Part shown: in pieces, positions 51,051 through 64,000 of the stretch
Layout: each line of letters starts with the position of its first letter
Position numbering within the stretch: position 1 is the first letter of the stretch
Origin: the human T2T-CHM13v2.0 reference genome, Homo sapiens
DNA length: 64,000 bases
Assembly: GCF_009914755.1 (NCBI RefSeq)
Contig: NC_060925.1
Direction: 5' to 3' (one strand)
The notes under the pieces: model-generated
Told to the model about the DNA's origin: nothing
What the model saw: only the letters and a program-made list of their open reading frames with translations
The model's database searches: none
Position numbers and translations under genes: made by a program

Positions 51051-53565
51051 GAAAACCATCAGTAGCTACTAGTGACTCCAGTGTTTTAAGTTTAATGTAT
51101 CAGCCAAGAATTGGGGAGGGTGACATGTCATACTAGGTTAGCCCAGACTCATTGTGGCATTAGAGAGAAAATTTTTAAACACTAGCTGGTTTTTATTTTC
51201 TCTTTTGCATTTAGGAAGTGAGATGTATTAGCCCACTGCCATAGCCTGATGTTAAGTGATTCTAGCCTGCAATATCTGGCAGGAGGAAATTACTAAGAGG
51301 AATTATTGTTGCCCTCAAAAACTTGCCTTGTTCAGCTTCGTAGAACATGTTTTGGGAGTTCACCAGCAAAGTTTGCGTGTCGACATATATGACAATACAT
51401 GCTCAGCCTTGTTGAACTGAAGATTTTGTAGCTTGGTAGCACTGGGGAAAACATAGCTCTCCATTTCCACCAGGCTTTTATATTTAGGTAACTCATAACT
51501 TAGTGCTCTCTCATCCCTCTCTGCCTATTAACAGTCATCTGTCTTTAGTCTCTTCTATGTGCTACTGCCCAACGAATGTTCAAACACATCTTTGATCATG
51601 TTGTCTCCCACCCATGCACCTATACTCTACTTTGCTTATTGTATCAAGTTCAGAATTATACTTGATGTCAAATCTCCTAATGATCTCCAACCATTTTCTC
51701 CCATTAAGCCCCTCACTACCGCCGTCAGTAAACCTTCCTTCTCCACCCCAGGCTGGTGCTTTCTTGCCATGGAGTAGTGGGATAAGCTCAATGATCTTAG
51801 AGCATACACTTAACACCTCTAGGTGCTCACCAAGAACTTTTCCCACTATCTAGTGACCTTCTGCCTTTATCCCTCTCTGAGTGTTCCTTAACTGTCTTAT
51901 GCACCTATGCCTTCTCAGGGTGCTGTAAGACCCTGGGATCAGGGACCTCATCTGTAGATTGTGTTGATCACATCCAGGACTGAACACTCAACTCTGCTGC
52001 AGTAAAAGAGCATCAGATTTGCAGTCAGACTGATCTGGGTTTCAGTGCAGCACTCTCACTCACCAACCGTGTGAACTTGGGAAGGATTTTTTTTTAATTC
52101 CTGAGCCTGAAGTTTCTTATTTTTAGGCTTCTGCATTGGTTTTCTCCTGTGCCAGGAGGGTGGTGACATGAAAGAAGTTGCTGAATCATAGCAGATATTC
52201 CACCGGGGCTTTTAGAATAAGCAAGTACAATGACTGGCTGCTGTTTCCTCACTCTGAATTTTAGAACTAGTTGATAGAATTTTAATAATAACTGGAGAAA
52301 AAAATCTGGCAGAAGTGAGACTGGAAGGGAATGTGAATTTGAAGAAATGTGCCTGAACCTTAGAGAACTGTGATCCATTCAGTAGATAATTACTTACAAG
52401 CCAATATCTTCTTGAATCTCTACATTTTCTGTCTTTAACAAGCACTATCAAACAGATACATGGTCCAAAGGTGTTCAGTGAAGGCAGCTAATCTTCAAAA
52501 TTCAGTCTCATTCAAAAACCGGCAAACCGTACCTAAAAAATGCATTTCCCTTTTAGATAGGAGTTTGCAGTAACCAGTTGTTTGAGTCGTGATTTGAGTC
52601 CTCACCTCCTCCATCCCGTCCACTTCCCCATGCCTGTGTGCCCTTGGGAAGCCCGAGACATGCAGAGACGGCTTGATATGGTCAGGTCCTCACCTCAGGT
52701 CTTTGTTAAGAATTTTAGAGTGAGGCAGCCCCTGTTTAAATCCCAGCTCTCCTGCACTCACTGCCTCACACAAATACCTTGGGTGTAACTTAAAGCCACA
52801 CCCTTGTTCCTCGTCGTGGGGGCTGGGAGCCTTTGCCTTAGACCCCCATCCTTTGCTATTGTAGTGGCCTACCATATCAAGCACAGGTGGTCTCATGCTT
52901 TTCATCCTTCAATGTGCTCTTTTTTTCAGGCAGAGCCAACCTATCCTGTTACATTGTGTGGGCTTCCTTCATCAGATTCCATGAATCCACATCCCTGAAA
53001 CTAGGGTGCCTCTGGGTGAGCACAATTTGCTCCAGTCTCATCATTCTTGGCTTTACCATTCACAGCAGTACTATACCAGGGCTTTGCATCTTTAATCACT
53101 TCTCTTTATCTTTACTTGCCATAATAGTTAAAAAGTAGACTTCTTCTTCTGAGATAATTTTAGTTTAATGGGCAGTTATAAGAATACAGAGAGATACACT
53201 GTTTATCAGAAGTTCAAATGCAACTGGACATCCTCTATTTTATTTGCTAAATCTGGCACACTATTTGGAAGACAGCTCCACTTTCCTATCTCCGTCTTCC
53301 TATTTTCTGGCCTGTAGATGTCTCTGTCCTGGAGGAGAGGTCCAGCTGAGGGCTCAGGGTCAGAGTCTAGGGTTGCAGCTAGGTGCTTTGCTGGTGGCCA
53401 AGTGTGTCCCCAAGGTAGGATCAGGCAAAGCGGAAGTTGACTATAAATCTCCATGTTGGATTTTGAGGAGCTGATCATGAGGTTTTCCCTCCTTGGTGAA
53501 AGAGAAAGCTCTTCCCCAAGTGAGGGACATTTTCTCTTAATTCTCCTTTGCCCACGCTGCGACAG

Positions 53566-54184
53566 GTCTCCTGTGTCTTCTGGATGATGCACGCATCAGC
53601 AATCCTTGCCACAAGGGGGCACTGTGTGACACCAACCCCGTCAATGGGCAGTATATTTGCACCTGCCCAGAAGATGTGGACGACTGTGTCATGGGGGAGT
53701 ACCCAGAACCTTTCCTATTCCTTGGAGTGTCTATCGAACTCAGCAAGTGTTTAAACAGAGGCACATTTTACTGTTAGAGCAAGTTACACCCAAACCTCGG
53801 ATTTCTCTTGCTACACCTGCAGTGTTTACAACTAACCTTTCAGCGTAACCATAACCATATATTTCAATCTCGTGATTAAACATATGGAAGGTATGCACTT
53901 GATTCTTAATATAAAGCCCCACTTCAGTGATAGTTTGGGTAAAAGAATAGCAGAAACGCACATCTCTCTCTCTCATACACACACACACACCCCTACACAT
54001 ACACACACACACTTCTCCTCTCTTCTAGTTAGAGGGTAGAATTGGAAATTAAGAATTAAGAATTAGATTATAAAAGGCCTGGCCACTTTGCCAGATTGAT
54101 ACTGATGATTGTTCCAGTACTCGTGTCCGAATGGGGCAAAGCATACCGATCACCCGAATAGCTATGAATGCCAGTGTGCCACAG
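53566..54184 (+). pseudogene. NOTCH2P1: Unprocessed NOTCH2 fragment (EGF-repeat exons equivalent to NOTCH2 exons 7 and 10)
   Basis: 53566-53694 reads [42 protein letters not shown]. ~54079-54184 reads CQIDTDDCSST/CPNGAKHTDHPNSYECQCAT|GTAAGT. Contains a frameshift and a dead donor. Symbol from recall. Confidence 0.88.
53962..54012. repeat. (CT)n(CA)n microsatellite
   Basis: Read directly from the sequence. Confidence 0.8.
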
Positions 54185-57161
54185 GTAAGTTTCTCCTCAC
54201 TCTTCATCCCCTTGTAGGTCCAATTGAACAAAATAGGGGGACCATCCTCTGCTAGCTACTCTACCGGTACCACTCCCAGGGGCTACTCTGTGTTTAGAGA
54301 GCTTCTTCCGGCAGATTTTTTGCTGCTCTCACTCTTTTTTTTCTCCAACAGCTGCTTTCTTCTGCACCACAACAGTGGTCTGGCCTGGGTATTTCCACTT
54401 AGTATCCATGTCTTTCTGCGACAAATTTTGAGAGCAATAAGTTTCCAGCTGGTTTGGTTTACTCCCTTGAAAAAGAGAAGAATTCCAGTTGAAATGTATT
54501 TTTCATCAGGGCTTCTCAACAAGAGGCCTCTCTCTGTCTTTCTTGAGGAAAGTGACTGAAAGAAGGCCCAGAAATTTAAGGGTGGAATACATGCAAGTGC
54601 AAAGGTTTTCTCTGCAAATGGTTTTGTCTTTCCCTGGACAGATTCTTCAGATTCTTCTTGTGAAGGATAAGTTTCACTGGAAAGAAATTAAAACCCTTGA
54701 ATTCATGTTTAAAAGGGATGAAAGGTCAAATGGAGCCTTTTAGCAAAGGTTTAATGTTGATTTATTTAAGCCTTGAAGAAAGGACCTCTTATTTGTTTCT
54801 TTTCCTTTAAAATTACCATAACTGGGAGAAGGGAAAAATGGTGGTGGAAGTTCCCAACCCTTCTTCTCTTCACAAACACATGATTCAGCAATAATTTATA
54901 GACAAGTTCTCTTTGGGAGATATCATACACACATTGAAAGCATCTTGAGCCCTGGGAAAATAAAAAATCAAATTCAATGAAGCTGATAAGGAGATTCAGG
55001 ACACCTTCACAAGAGACCCTGTCCCCATTTCATCCCCTTACAGTCAGGAAGAGACAACCTAGTTTCCAGCTTCACCTAGGGGAGGGAGGGGGTTGGTGTC
55101 AACTTTTCTGAAAGGACTCCATAGAAGACTGGATTTCCACATACTGGTCTTGGGATCTCATGGATGCAGTGCAGCACAGTCACCTGGAGGCAAACAGAGA
55201 CAGTCACTTGGGCTAGTGGAAGCCACTGACCTACCCCTCTGCTCAGCACAGAGTGAGGAGGTAAAAAACCCAGCTTTAAGATTCTCTCTGGAGAAAGCGT
55301 TGATCCATGTGTCCAGTGCTCCAACTTTTCCAGGGATGCTCAAAGATCTAGTATCTGTCACAACAGTCTTGAAATTCTAATGGGTTCGGCACTGTCTGTC
55401 TGCCTGGGAGAGAATAGAGATAGTGGCTTGAGCCTGTAGGTGATATAGTTTCCCCCCTGGCTTAGCACATAGTGAAGAGCCAATAGCCACATCTATCTGC
55501 TTCTCTCTGGGGACAGAAAGTTGGTAGAGGCCTCAAAAATCTCTGGCTGTGAAGACTGGTGCAAACCTTCTCTTGTGTAAGGACAGCCCATAAAGACTGA
55601 GAAAGGTGCATGCCCTTTCAGATGTGTAGGCACCAACACAGAGAGTCAAGAAAAAAAAATTAGCAAGGATGTTCTGAATAAAGAAACAAGATAGATATCT
55701 AGAAACTGACCCTAATGAAACACAGTTATATGGTTTATTTGACAGCAAATTAAAAATAATTCTCATAAAGATGCTCACCAAACCCAAGAGAACAATAAAT
55801 GAACAAAAGGAGAATTTCAACAAAAAGAGATAGAAAATATTGAGAAGTACTAAATGGGAATCATGAAGGGGAAGAACACAATAACTGAACTGAAAAATTC
55901 ACTAGAGGGATTTAACAGCACATAGATAAAGCAGAATTAAGGATCAGTGAACTTGAAACAGGGCACCAAAAATAATTCAGTCAGAGTAACAAAAACAAAA
56001 TTTAAAGAATAAAGAATGATTAGGGGAATTATGTAAAACTATCAAATGGACCAATATACACATTATGAAAGTTCCAAAAGGAGAATAGAGAGAGAAAGGA
56101 ATAAAAAGCTTATTCAAAGAAATAATGGCTGAAAACTCCCCAAATCTGGGGAAAGAAACACACAGATGCAAGAAGCCCGAAGGACACCAAACAAAAGGAG
56201 CACAAAGAGTTCCACACTGAGATACACTGTAATCAAGTTGTAAAAAGTCAAAGACTGAGAATTTTGAAAGCAGCAAGACAAAAGTGATTTGTCACATAAA
56301 AGAAAACCTCCAGAAGACTGTCAGAAGATTTTTCAGCAGACATCTTGCAGACTAGAAGGAATTGGGGTGATATATCCAAGGACCTGAAGGAAAAAATAAT
56401 CCTGATAACCAAGAATGCTCTGTCAAAACTCTCACTCAAATATACAAGAAAAAGACTTTAACAGGCAAACAAGAGCTGAGAGCGTTCATCACCACTAGGC
56501 CTATCTTACAAGTAACACTAAAGGAAGTTTTTCAAGTTGAAATAAAAGGACACAAAACAGCAACCTGATAGCAAAAGAAAGAGTGAAACTCATTGGTAAA
56601 GGTAAATACATAGACAAATATAGGATACTGTATTATTATAATGGTGGTGGGTAAATTACTTTTAACTCTAGTATAAAAGTTAATAGACAAAGTATTAAAA
56701 ATAACTATCACTAAAAAATGTTAAGAGACTCACAGTATGAATAGATGTAAATTGTGACAATAATAACATAAAGTATGTGTTTGGGGGGATAATTGAAAGT
56801 GTAGTTTTTGTACATGATTAAACTTAAGTTGTTATCAGCTTAAACTGTTATAACAATAAAATGTTTTATTTAAGCCCAAGGTAATCACAAAAAAAATACC
56901 ATAGAGATTACATTAAAAAAGAGAAAGGAATCAAAGCATACTTATACCAAAAAAAGAAAAACAGCCCAACAAAACACAAAGGAAGAGAGAAACAGAAGAA
57001 AAGACACTGAAAGGAATGGCAAGACTAACAGATAACAACTTAAAAATGCCAACAGTAAATTCTTTTCTGTCAGTAATAACTTTAAATATAAATGGGTTAA
57101 AACCCTCCCCAATCAAAAGACATAAAGTGGCTGGATGGATTTTTTTCAAAAAAGCAAGGCC

Positions 57162-57504
<343 letters not shown>

Positions 57505-57889
57505 TCATTTTAGATTTAAGGAAACACATCAGCTGAAAGTAAAGGGGTGGAAAAAGAAATTACATGCAAATGGTAACAAAAAGAGACCAAGAGTGACTGT
57601 ATTTCTATCAGGCAAAGTAAACTTTCTGTCAAAAACTGTCTCAAGAGACAAAAAAGGATTTTACAATGATAAAATATCAATCCACCAGCAAGATACAACA
57701 GTCATAACTATGTATGCACCCAACATTAAAGCACATATATATATATATATATAAAGCAAACATGGACAAAACTGAAGGGAGAAATAGAAGAAATACCACA
57801 ATAGTAGAAGATTTCAAAACTATATATGTACATGCAAAAGAAAAAAGCACTTTACACCACATACAAAAGTTAACTCAAAATGGTTCAAA

Positions 57890-58207
57890 AGCCAAGCATG
57901 GTGGCTCATGCCTATAATCCCAACAATTTGGGAGGCTGAGGCAGGAGGATTGCTTGAGCCTGGGAGTTAGAGACAACCTAAGCAACACGTGAAATTTCAT
58001 CTCTGCAAAAAAATAGAAAAAAAATAGCTGGGTGTGGTGGCACATGCTTGTAGTCCCAGCTACTCGGGAGGCTGAGGTGAAAGGATCAGATCACTTGAGC
58101 CCAGGAGGTTGAGGCTGCAGTGAACTGTGTTCACACCACTGCAAACTCTAGCTTGGGTGACAGAACATGACCCCATCTCAAAACAAAACAAAACAAAACC
58201 AAAAAAG
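57890..58207 (+). mobile_element. AluJ-like
   Basis: Dimeric Alu with GGAGGATTGCTTGAGCC and a (CAAAA)n tail. Confidence 0.85.
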
Positions 58208-58250
58208 GATCAAATACCTGTATGTAAGACCTAAAAGTATAAAACACTTA

Positions 58251-58578
<328 letters not shown>

Positions 58579-59922
58579 TCAAAGCACAAAATCAACAGAA
58601 TGAAAAAGCAACCTACAGAATGGGAGAAAATATCTTCAAGTCATATATTTGGATACAGGGTTAATTTCCAGAATATCTAAAGAACCCCTACAATTCAACA
58701 AAAAAGAAACCAAACACCTCAAACAATGGACAAAAATTTGAATACACACTTCTCTGAAAAAGATATCCTTATGGCCAATAAGCACAAGAAAAGATGCACA
58801 ATATCACTCATCATTAGAGAAATGCAAATCATAACCACAATGAGACACCACGTTACACCCATTAAGATGGCCATTATCTATAAAAACCAGAAAATACTAG
58901 TATTGGGGAGGATGTAGAGAAATTGGAACCTTTGTACACTGCTAGTGGGAATCTAAAAAGGTGCAGCTGTTATGGGAAACAGTATGGCAATTCCTTAAAA
59001 AATTAAAAATAGAACTACCCCATGATCTAGCAATTCCACTTCTGGATTTATATCCAAAAGAATTGAAAGCAGAGACATGAACAGATGTTTGTATACCTAT
59101 GTTCATGGCAGCCTTACTCACAATAGGCAAAAGGTGGAAGCAACCCAAGTGCCCATCAGTGAAGAATGATTAGACACAATGTGGTAGGCAGAAACATCTA
59201 GCTATCATTCAGCCTTACAAAATAAGGAAATTCCAACACAAAATACTACAACATTGATGAAACCTAAAGACATTGTGCTAAGTGAAATAAGCCAATCACA
59301 AAAGGGCAAATACTATGAGATTCTATTTACATGAAGTACCTAGATTAGCCAAATTCACACAGATAGAAAGCAGGATATTGGTTGGGAGGGGTAAAGGGAT
59401 GGAAGAATGGAGAATTGTTGTTTAATGGGTATGGGGTTTCAGTTTTGCAAGACGAAAAGAGTTCTGGAGATTATTTGCACAACAATGTAAAATACTTAAC
59501 ACTGCTGAACCACACACATAAAAATGGTTAAGACGGTCAATATTATAGTATGTGTATTTTACCACAATCGAAATTTTTAAAAAATCCTAATGTGTAAATA
59601 TCCTTATGATTTTTAAATAAATGCTCTCAATTCAGTTTTTTAATTTTCATATAAAGTTTCCTTCAATAATGTCATTACTTAGCTGTGTAACTTCGGGCAG
59701 GTTATTTAACCTTGCAGTGCCTCAGTTTCTCTTTTCTAAAATGAGAAAATAATGACACCTATCTCATGGAGCTGTTGTCAGCAGTATGCATGTTAATAAT
59801 ACACATGTAGCTCTTAGAAGGCTGCTGGCACATATGCTGAGAAAAAACAGTCTGGGGACCAACCTTCCCTGTGAGACTGCCGCAAGTTCATCTTTCATTA
59901 GAAGTGTGACTAAGAAACAGGA

Positions 59923-60227
<305 letters not shown>

Positions 60228-60802
60228 AAGAAACAGGAGATTGGGATGGGGCACTGCAGGCCTGCGGTGTTGCCTGAGGAGGGAGAGGAGCACTGAGGTA
60301 AGATGAGAGAAAAGCAGGAAGACCCAGCCTAGAGCAAGACCAAAAAACTTAGCCTGACACAAATCTGAGAGGGACAATCCCCCCTTGGATATAAGAAGTG
60401 GATACTGACTCCTGCCAAGGCACCCCTCAGTCCTCTCCTCCCACCAAAATCACTGTGCAAACGGGAAGGAAGATGTGGAGGCAGAGACACGGGGGTCCTT
60501 GAAAGGCGTTCCTCACTCCTCCTCTGTGCTACTTAGGAGAGTGGCAAACATAGGGCCAGGTGTCATTCAGCACACACGCACTCACAAAAGCTCTGCCTCT
60601 GCAAGCAGACACTGCAAACACAAAATTTTCTTAACAGCCTTGCCCCAGGACACTGCCAGGGCCTGGCATCATCTTGTCATCATTGCACTGTGGTGCAATG
60701 CAAGAGTTAGGACAGCTCAGCGTCATTAACCCACCTGAGATCACCCCAAATACTGAAAATGCTTATAGAATCATTTTCTATTCATAAAATGTGTTGTCGG
60801 CA

Positions 60803-60808
60803 TTTATT
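60803..60808 (-). terminator. Distal AATAAA poly(A) signal of ADAM30 (a proximal one lies at 61087-61092)
   Basis: TTTATT on the + strand, downstream of the stop codon. Confidence 0.6.
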
Positions 60809-61220
60809 GATCAGCATGGGTGCAGGTGCGGATGTTCACATGGATCAAGTTGAGGGAGGCAGAGGGAGAGGCAGACAATTGCTTTGTTCCCTGGGATTCT
60901 GAGAAACAAGACTATACCTTGAATAGCATGGTAATTCTAGGAAACTCACTACTTTCAGAGCTTTAGTGTATGGAAAAGCCATTAGAGCATGATTCTCAGA
61001 ATACCCACAACTTGGTCACAAACTGAGGGGCAAGTGAACACTCGAGAAGTAGAATGCACTGGTTTGTTTCCAAAACAAGAATGCTGTTTATTTGCTGATC
61101 AAAACTTGTGGGAAAAATTAAAGTAAAAAAATATTGGGAGAAGAATGGAAAGCCTTTGGATAAATGATTAGCTGGTTAAATAAATGAGCCTGTGTTACTG
61201 AATGAGTATGGATTGCCCGG

Positions 61221-63593
61221 TTACTTTTTTTGTTTCTTGACACTCTTTGCTTTGGGTCGTTTACTTTCAATGTTTGCTTTAGATTCTTCCTGTCCAGTTT
61301 TTGCTTTAGATTCTTCCTGTCCAGTTTTTGCTTCAGATTCTTCCTGTCCAGTTTTTGTTTTAGATTCTTCCTGTACAGTTTTTGTTTTAGATTCTTCCTG
61401 TTCAGTTTTTGCTTTGGATAGTGGCATTTTTTCCTGTTTGGGTTTTAAGTGGTTTCCTATCACTTGCCGGAAAAACACAAAAACCACTGAAAGGATTAAT
61501 AAAATAAGGCGAAACATTATGATGGACACAACCCAAATTGACGAGGGAATCGCCCCTCTGAGCAGTCCTGGAGGCCCACTGTCAATGCTTCCTCCATACC
61601 CCACTTCCTCACAGAATGGAGGTGCCCACCCATACATGCAGTGGCAGTTTTTTCTGTTGTTGCAAACACCCCGGGTATTGCATTTCTCAGGCAAACAGTC
61701 AAACTGCAGGACTGAGCTATTGACGCAATTTTTTTTAAAACATACCCGGCCTTCTCCACAGGAGGTGCCATCATTTATCATACCTAGGTCAGGTATTCCC
61801 ATGGGTTTCATGGATAGATGATAGCCTGTGCCCCAGCACATGAGATTTTCTGCCTGTAAATGAGTAGAAATTATAGTCGTATGCTCTGGCAAATCAGGGA
61901 TGGTTTCAACATTTATACACTGTAGCCTGCCACATATTGAATTTGCACTTTCACACTTTTTAAAATTTCGAATTCCTGTAATCTCACAGTTACCAAATTG
62001 ATCACCTATTAAGTTAACTGCATCATAGCACTCACTAGGAGCCTCCATGGCATCAGGTCCAAAAATGCTTTGGCACTGCATATATCTGGATCTGCACCCC
62101 TTCCTGAAACAACGGCCTTCATACTTGCAAGGGGTTCCATCCTGCTTATAAACGTCATTTGGGCAGGAACTTGAATTCCCGTCGCAGTACTCTGCAAGGT
62201 CACATTCATTTCCTTCCTGCCTACACACGTATCCAGATGGACGAAACCGACAATCATGACAGCAAAGTCCAATGCTACAGTTGGCACCTGGTTGCAACTT
62301 ACAATTTGATTGGCAACACCGATCTTTCTGACACTCCTCTGTGGAACCACAGTCACATTCCTCATTGTCCTCCACAATTTTGTTTCCACATCTCTTAAGC
62401 ACATAACCTAGTCCTGGGATATTATTTAGACATGTTGCTCCCGAAGAGATATGTTTAAAAAAAGAGATATAACTGCAATTGCTAAACCCAGTGCGTCCTG
62501 AGCCCATGATGCAATTAAGCCTACCCCTACATTGGCAGTATTGTTCATCATGTGACATTCCTACAGCATGACCCAGCTCATGAGCAGACCAGGTAGCAGG
62601 GGCAAGGATATTTGTATCTAGTAAAGTACTCACTGATCCAGCATATTCTAGAGAACACACTTTTCCAAACGACCATGCAAGAGCATCATTATATTTTCTT
62701 TGAAGATATAAATGTGCCCAATCTGATGACAGGCGAGCATTTAATACACTTTTTTTATATATTACAAATCTGCCTAAAACTTCAGCTAACTCTGGATATC
62801 CAACGCGTATTTTGTTAAAATCTGTCCATACTTCAAGAGCCTTTAAGTGTATCCTCATACGAACATCTTGAAAGTAGGTGTCCATAATCCCAGTCAAAAG
62901 AATGGCATCATGTATGACTTGAGAAAGATTGTTGTTCACAAACCTATACCTACTTTGATCAAAGAGTAGGATCAATTCCAAGTACTTTGGGTGTTTATAG
63001 GATCCAGGAAAGTCCCTTAGCCTCGCCTTATTCTCATAAGGGGCCATCTGCCATTCTATTTCATCATCACTTAAGCCACAAACCTGATTCCCAAACTGCT
63101 CTTTCTTCAGGAGATAGACGACATGTTCAAAACTGGGAGAGGCCTTGAGGGGCTCAATTTGGTAATGTTTGGCATCAATGTTAAATACACCTCGGAGACC
63201 CCCCATGCATGTGCTTATAGTAGCTTTAGAGTCCAGAGACTCTTTCACGGAGCCCATGTAGTTGCAGTCCTTTGGTATGTAAGGATGATCCTCCAGCAGT
63301 TCCCCATGTTCTGTGAAGGAGAAAACGCGCAGATGTCGGGGCAACAGAAGTCTCTTGGGCCACAAATGGAGGACGTGCTTCTTGCCTTTTAACTGCAGTA
63401 GGTAGGACACGGGACTGACCACACCCTGCACCTCTCCCCGGAAGCTCAGCTTCTCAGGAATGGTGACTTCATACGAGTCAAACTCCCCTTCAGGGTGAAA
63501 AATTACATCTTCGCCAAGAGACTTAAGGAGCATTGTCGGAACTAGTAGAAGGAGCAAACGGCATTGGGAGAGGAAGATCTGCACTGACCTCAT
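61221..63593 (-). CDS. ADAM30: ADAM metallopeptidase domain 30, single exon, 790 aa
   Basis: ATG at 63593 in ACCATGA context. Signal peptide, prodomain, zinc motif HELGHAVGMSHD (62547-62582; H338), Met-turn CIM, disintegrin loop with ECD, Cys-rich and EGF-like domains, TM helix, repetitive cytoplasmic tail. Confidence 0.98.
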   Translation of the reverse strand: MRSVQIFLSQCRLLLLLVPTMLLKSLGEDVIFHPEGEFDSYEVTIPEKLSFRGEVQGVVSPVSYLLQLKGKKHVLHLWPKRLLLPRHLRVFSFTEHGELLEDHPYIPKDCNYMGSVKESLDSKATISTCMGGLRGVFNIDAKHYQIEPLKASPSFEHVVYLLKKEQFGNQVCGLSDDEIEWQMAPYENKARLRDFPGSYKHPKYLELILLFDQSRYRFVNNNLSQVIHDAILLTGIMDTYFQDVRMRIHLKALEVWTDFNKIRVGYPELAEVLGRFVIYKKSVLNARLSSDWAHLYLQRKYNDALAWSFGKVCSLEYAGSVSTLLDTNILAPATWSAHELGHAVGMSHDEQYCQCRGRLNCIMGSGRTGFSNCSYISFFKHISSGATCLNNIPGLGYVLKRCGNKIVEDNEECDCGSTEECQKDRCCQSNCKLQPGANCSIGLCCHDCRFRPSGYVCRQEGNECDLAEYCDGNSSSCPNDVYKQDGTPCKYEGRCFRKGCRSRYMQCQSIFGPDAMEAPSECYDAVNLIGDQFGNCEITGIRNFKKCESANSICGRLQCINVETIPDLPEHTTIISTHLQAENLMCWGTGYHLSMKPMGIPDLGMINDGTSCGEGRVCFKKNCVNSSVLQFDCLPEKCNTRGVCNNRKNCHCMYGWAPPFCEEVGYGGSIDSGPPGLLRGAIPSSIWVVSIIMFRLILLILSVVFVFFRQVIGNHLKPKQEKMPLSKAKTEQEESKTKTVQEESKTKTGQEESEAKTGQEESKAKTGQEESKANIESKRPKAKSVKKQKK
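61273..61415 (-). repeat. 27-bp coding tandem repeat (5 x KTxQEESxx) in the ADAM30 cytoplasmic tail
   Basis: Unit TTTGCTTTAGATTCTTCCTGTCCAGTT on the + strand. Confidence 0.95.
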
Positions 63594-63639
63594 GGTCTGT
63601 TCCCTACTCAGCCTCAGTTTGCTATTCAGTCCCTGCAAC

Positions 63640-63900
63640 TCTGGCCTCGCGAGTCAGATTTCTGGGGGCCGCCGCTAGAGGCGCCTGAGCTCAAAACCCG
63701 GCTCCCCTGGCAGGGTTTCCGGGGGAGCCCGTAGCCTCCCAGGGCTCGGTCTAGCTGGCGTCCGCAATGCGCGCGTGACCTGTCCAACGCATCCAGTTCG
63801 TTTTCCGGGCCGTACCGTTGGGCGCAGGTGGAAGAAAGGAGGGAAACGTGGGCGAGAATAAAAGAGAAAAGAGGGGCTGTTGGCACGTGGGTTGGAGAGA
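63640..63900 (-). promoter_or_regulatory. CpG-rich ADAM30 promoter/5' UTR
   Basis: Local CpG density immediately upstream of the ATG. MYB-type CAACGG at 63815-63820 (minus) and E-box CACGTG at 63884-63889. Confidence 0.65.
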
Positions 63901-64000
63901 GGGTAGAGAACACCATCGGAAATGGAGAAGGAATAGAGAAATAGGAAGAACAAAGGAGAACGTGTTAAAGGCTCACTGTATCTTTGCCTTTACTCTGTGT

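Noticed and set aside
61224-61238. Di-lysine ER-retrieval signal at the ADAM30 C-terminus (KKQKK)
   Set aside because: Position -3 is Gln, so it fits neither KKxx nor KxKxx.
61273-61415. CRISPR-like array
   Set aside because: Contiguous units with no spacers, in-frame coding, in human DNA.
61192-61821. 209-aa + strand ORF with FALDSSCPV repeats
   Set aside because: Antisense shadow of the ADAM30 27-bp repeat, starting at GTG.
63594-63638. 805-aa version of ADAM30 in the ORF track
   Set aside because: It starts at TTG. The ATG at 63593 has a good Kozak context and directly precedes the signal peptide.

Overview
This is human genomic DNA. I recognise it from gene content (not from a database search) as 1p12, next to NOTCH2. 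From left to right it holds: (1) the NBPF7/NBPF7P locus on the minus strand (~820-11920), whose exons can be rebuilt from splice sites and encode a coiled-coil N-terminus plus two Olduvai/DUF1220 domains, carrying a +1 frameshift in a small exon and a nonsense codon in an NBPF4/6-type penultimate exon; (2) a processed profilin-1 pseudogene with an L1 3' end inserted into its first 17 nt; (3) an orphan cluster of minus-strand exons near 28.7-29.5 kb; (4) an unprocessed, internally deleted NOTCH2 fragment on the plus strand; (5) the intact single-exon ADAM30 gene (790 aa, minus strand) with a CpG-rich promoter. The rest is mostly Alu, L1, L2/MIR, LTR/ERVL and simple repeats. No CRISPR array or RNA gene was found, and I see no evidence of a wholly new biological system. 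The best leads are a ~360-nt fold-back in the NBPF 3' UTR, a splice-dependent rescue of the NBPF7 reading frame, and the orphan spliced 77-codon ORF.
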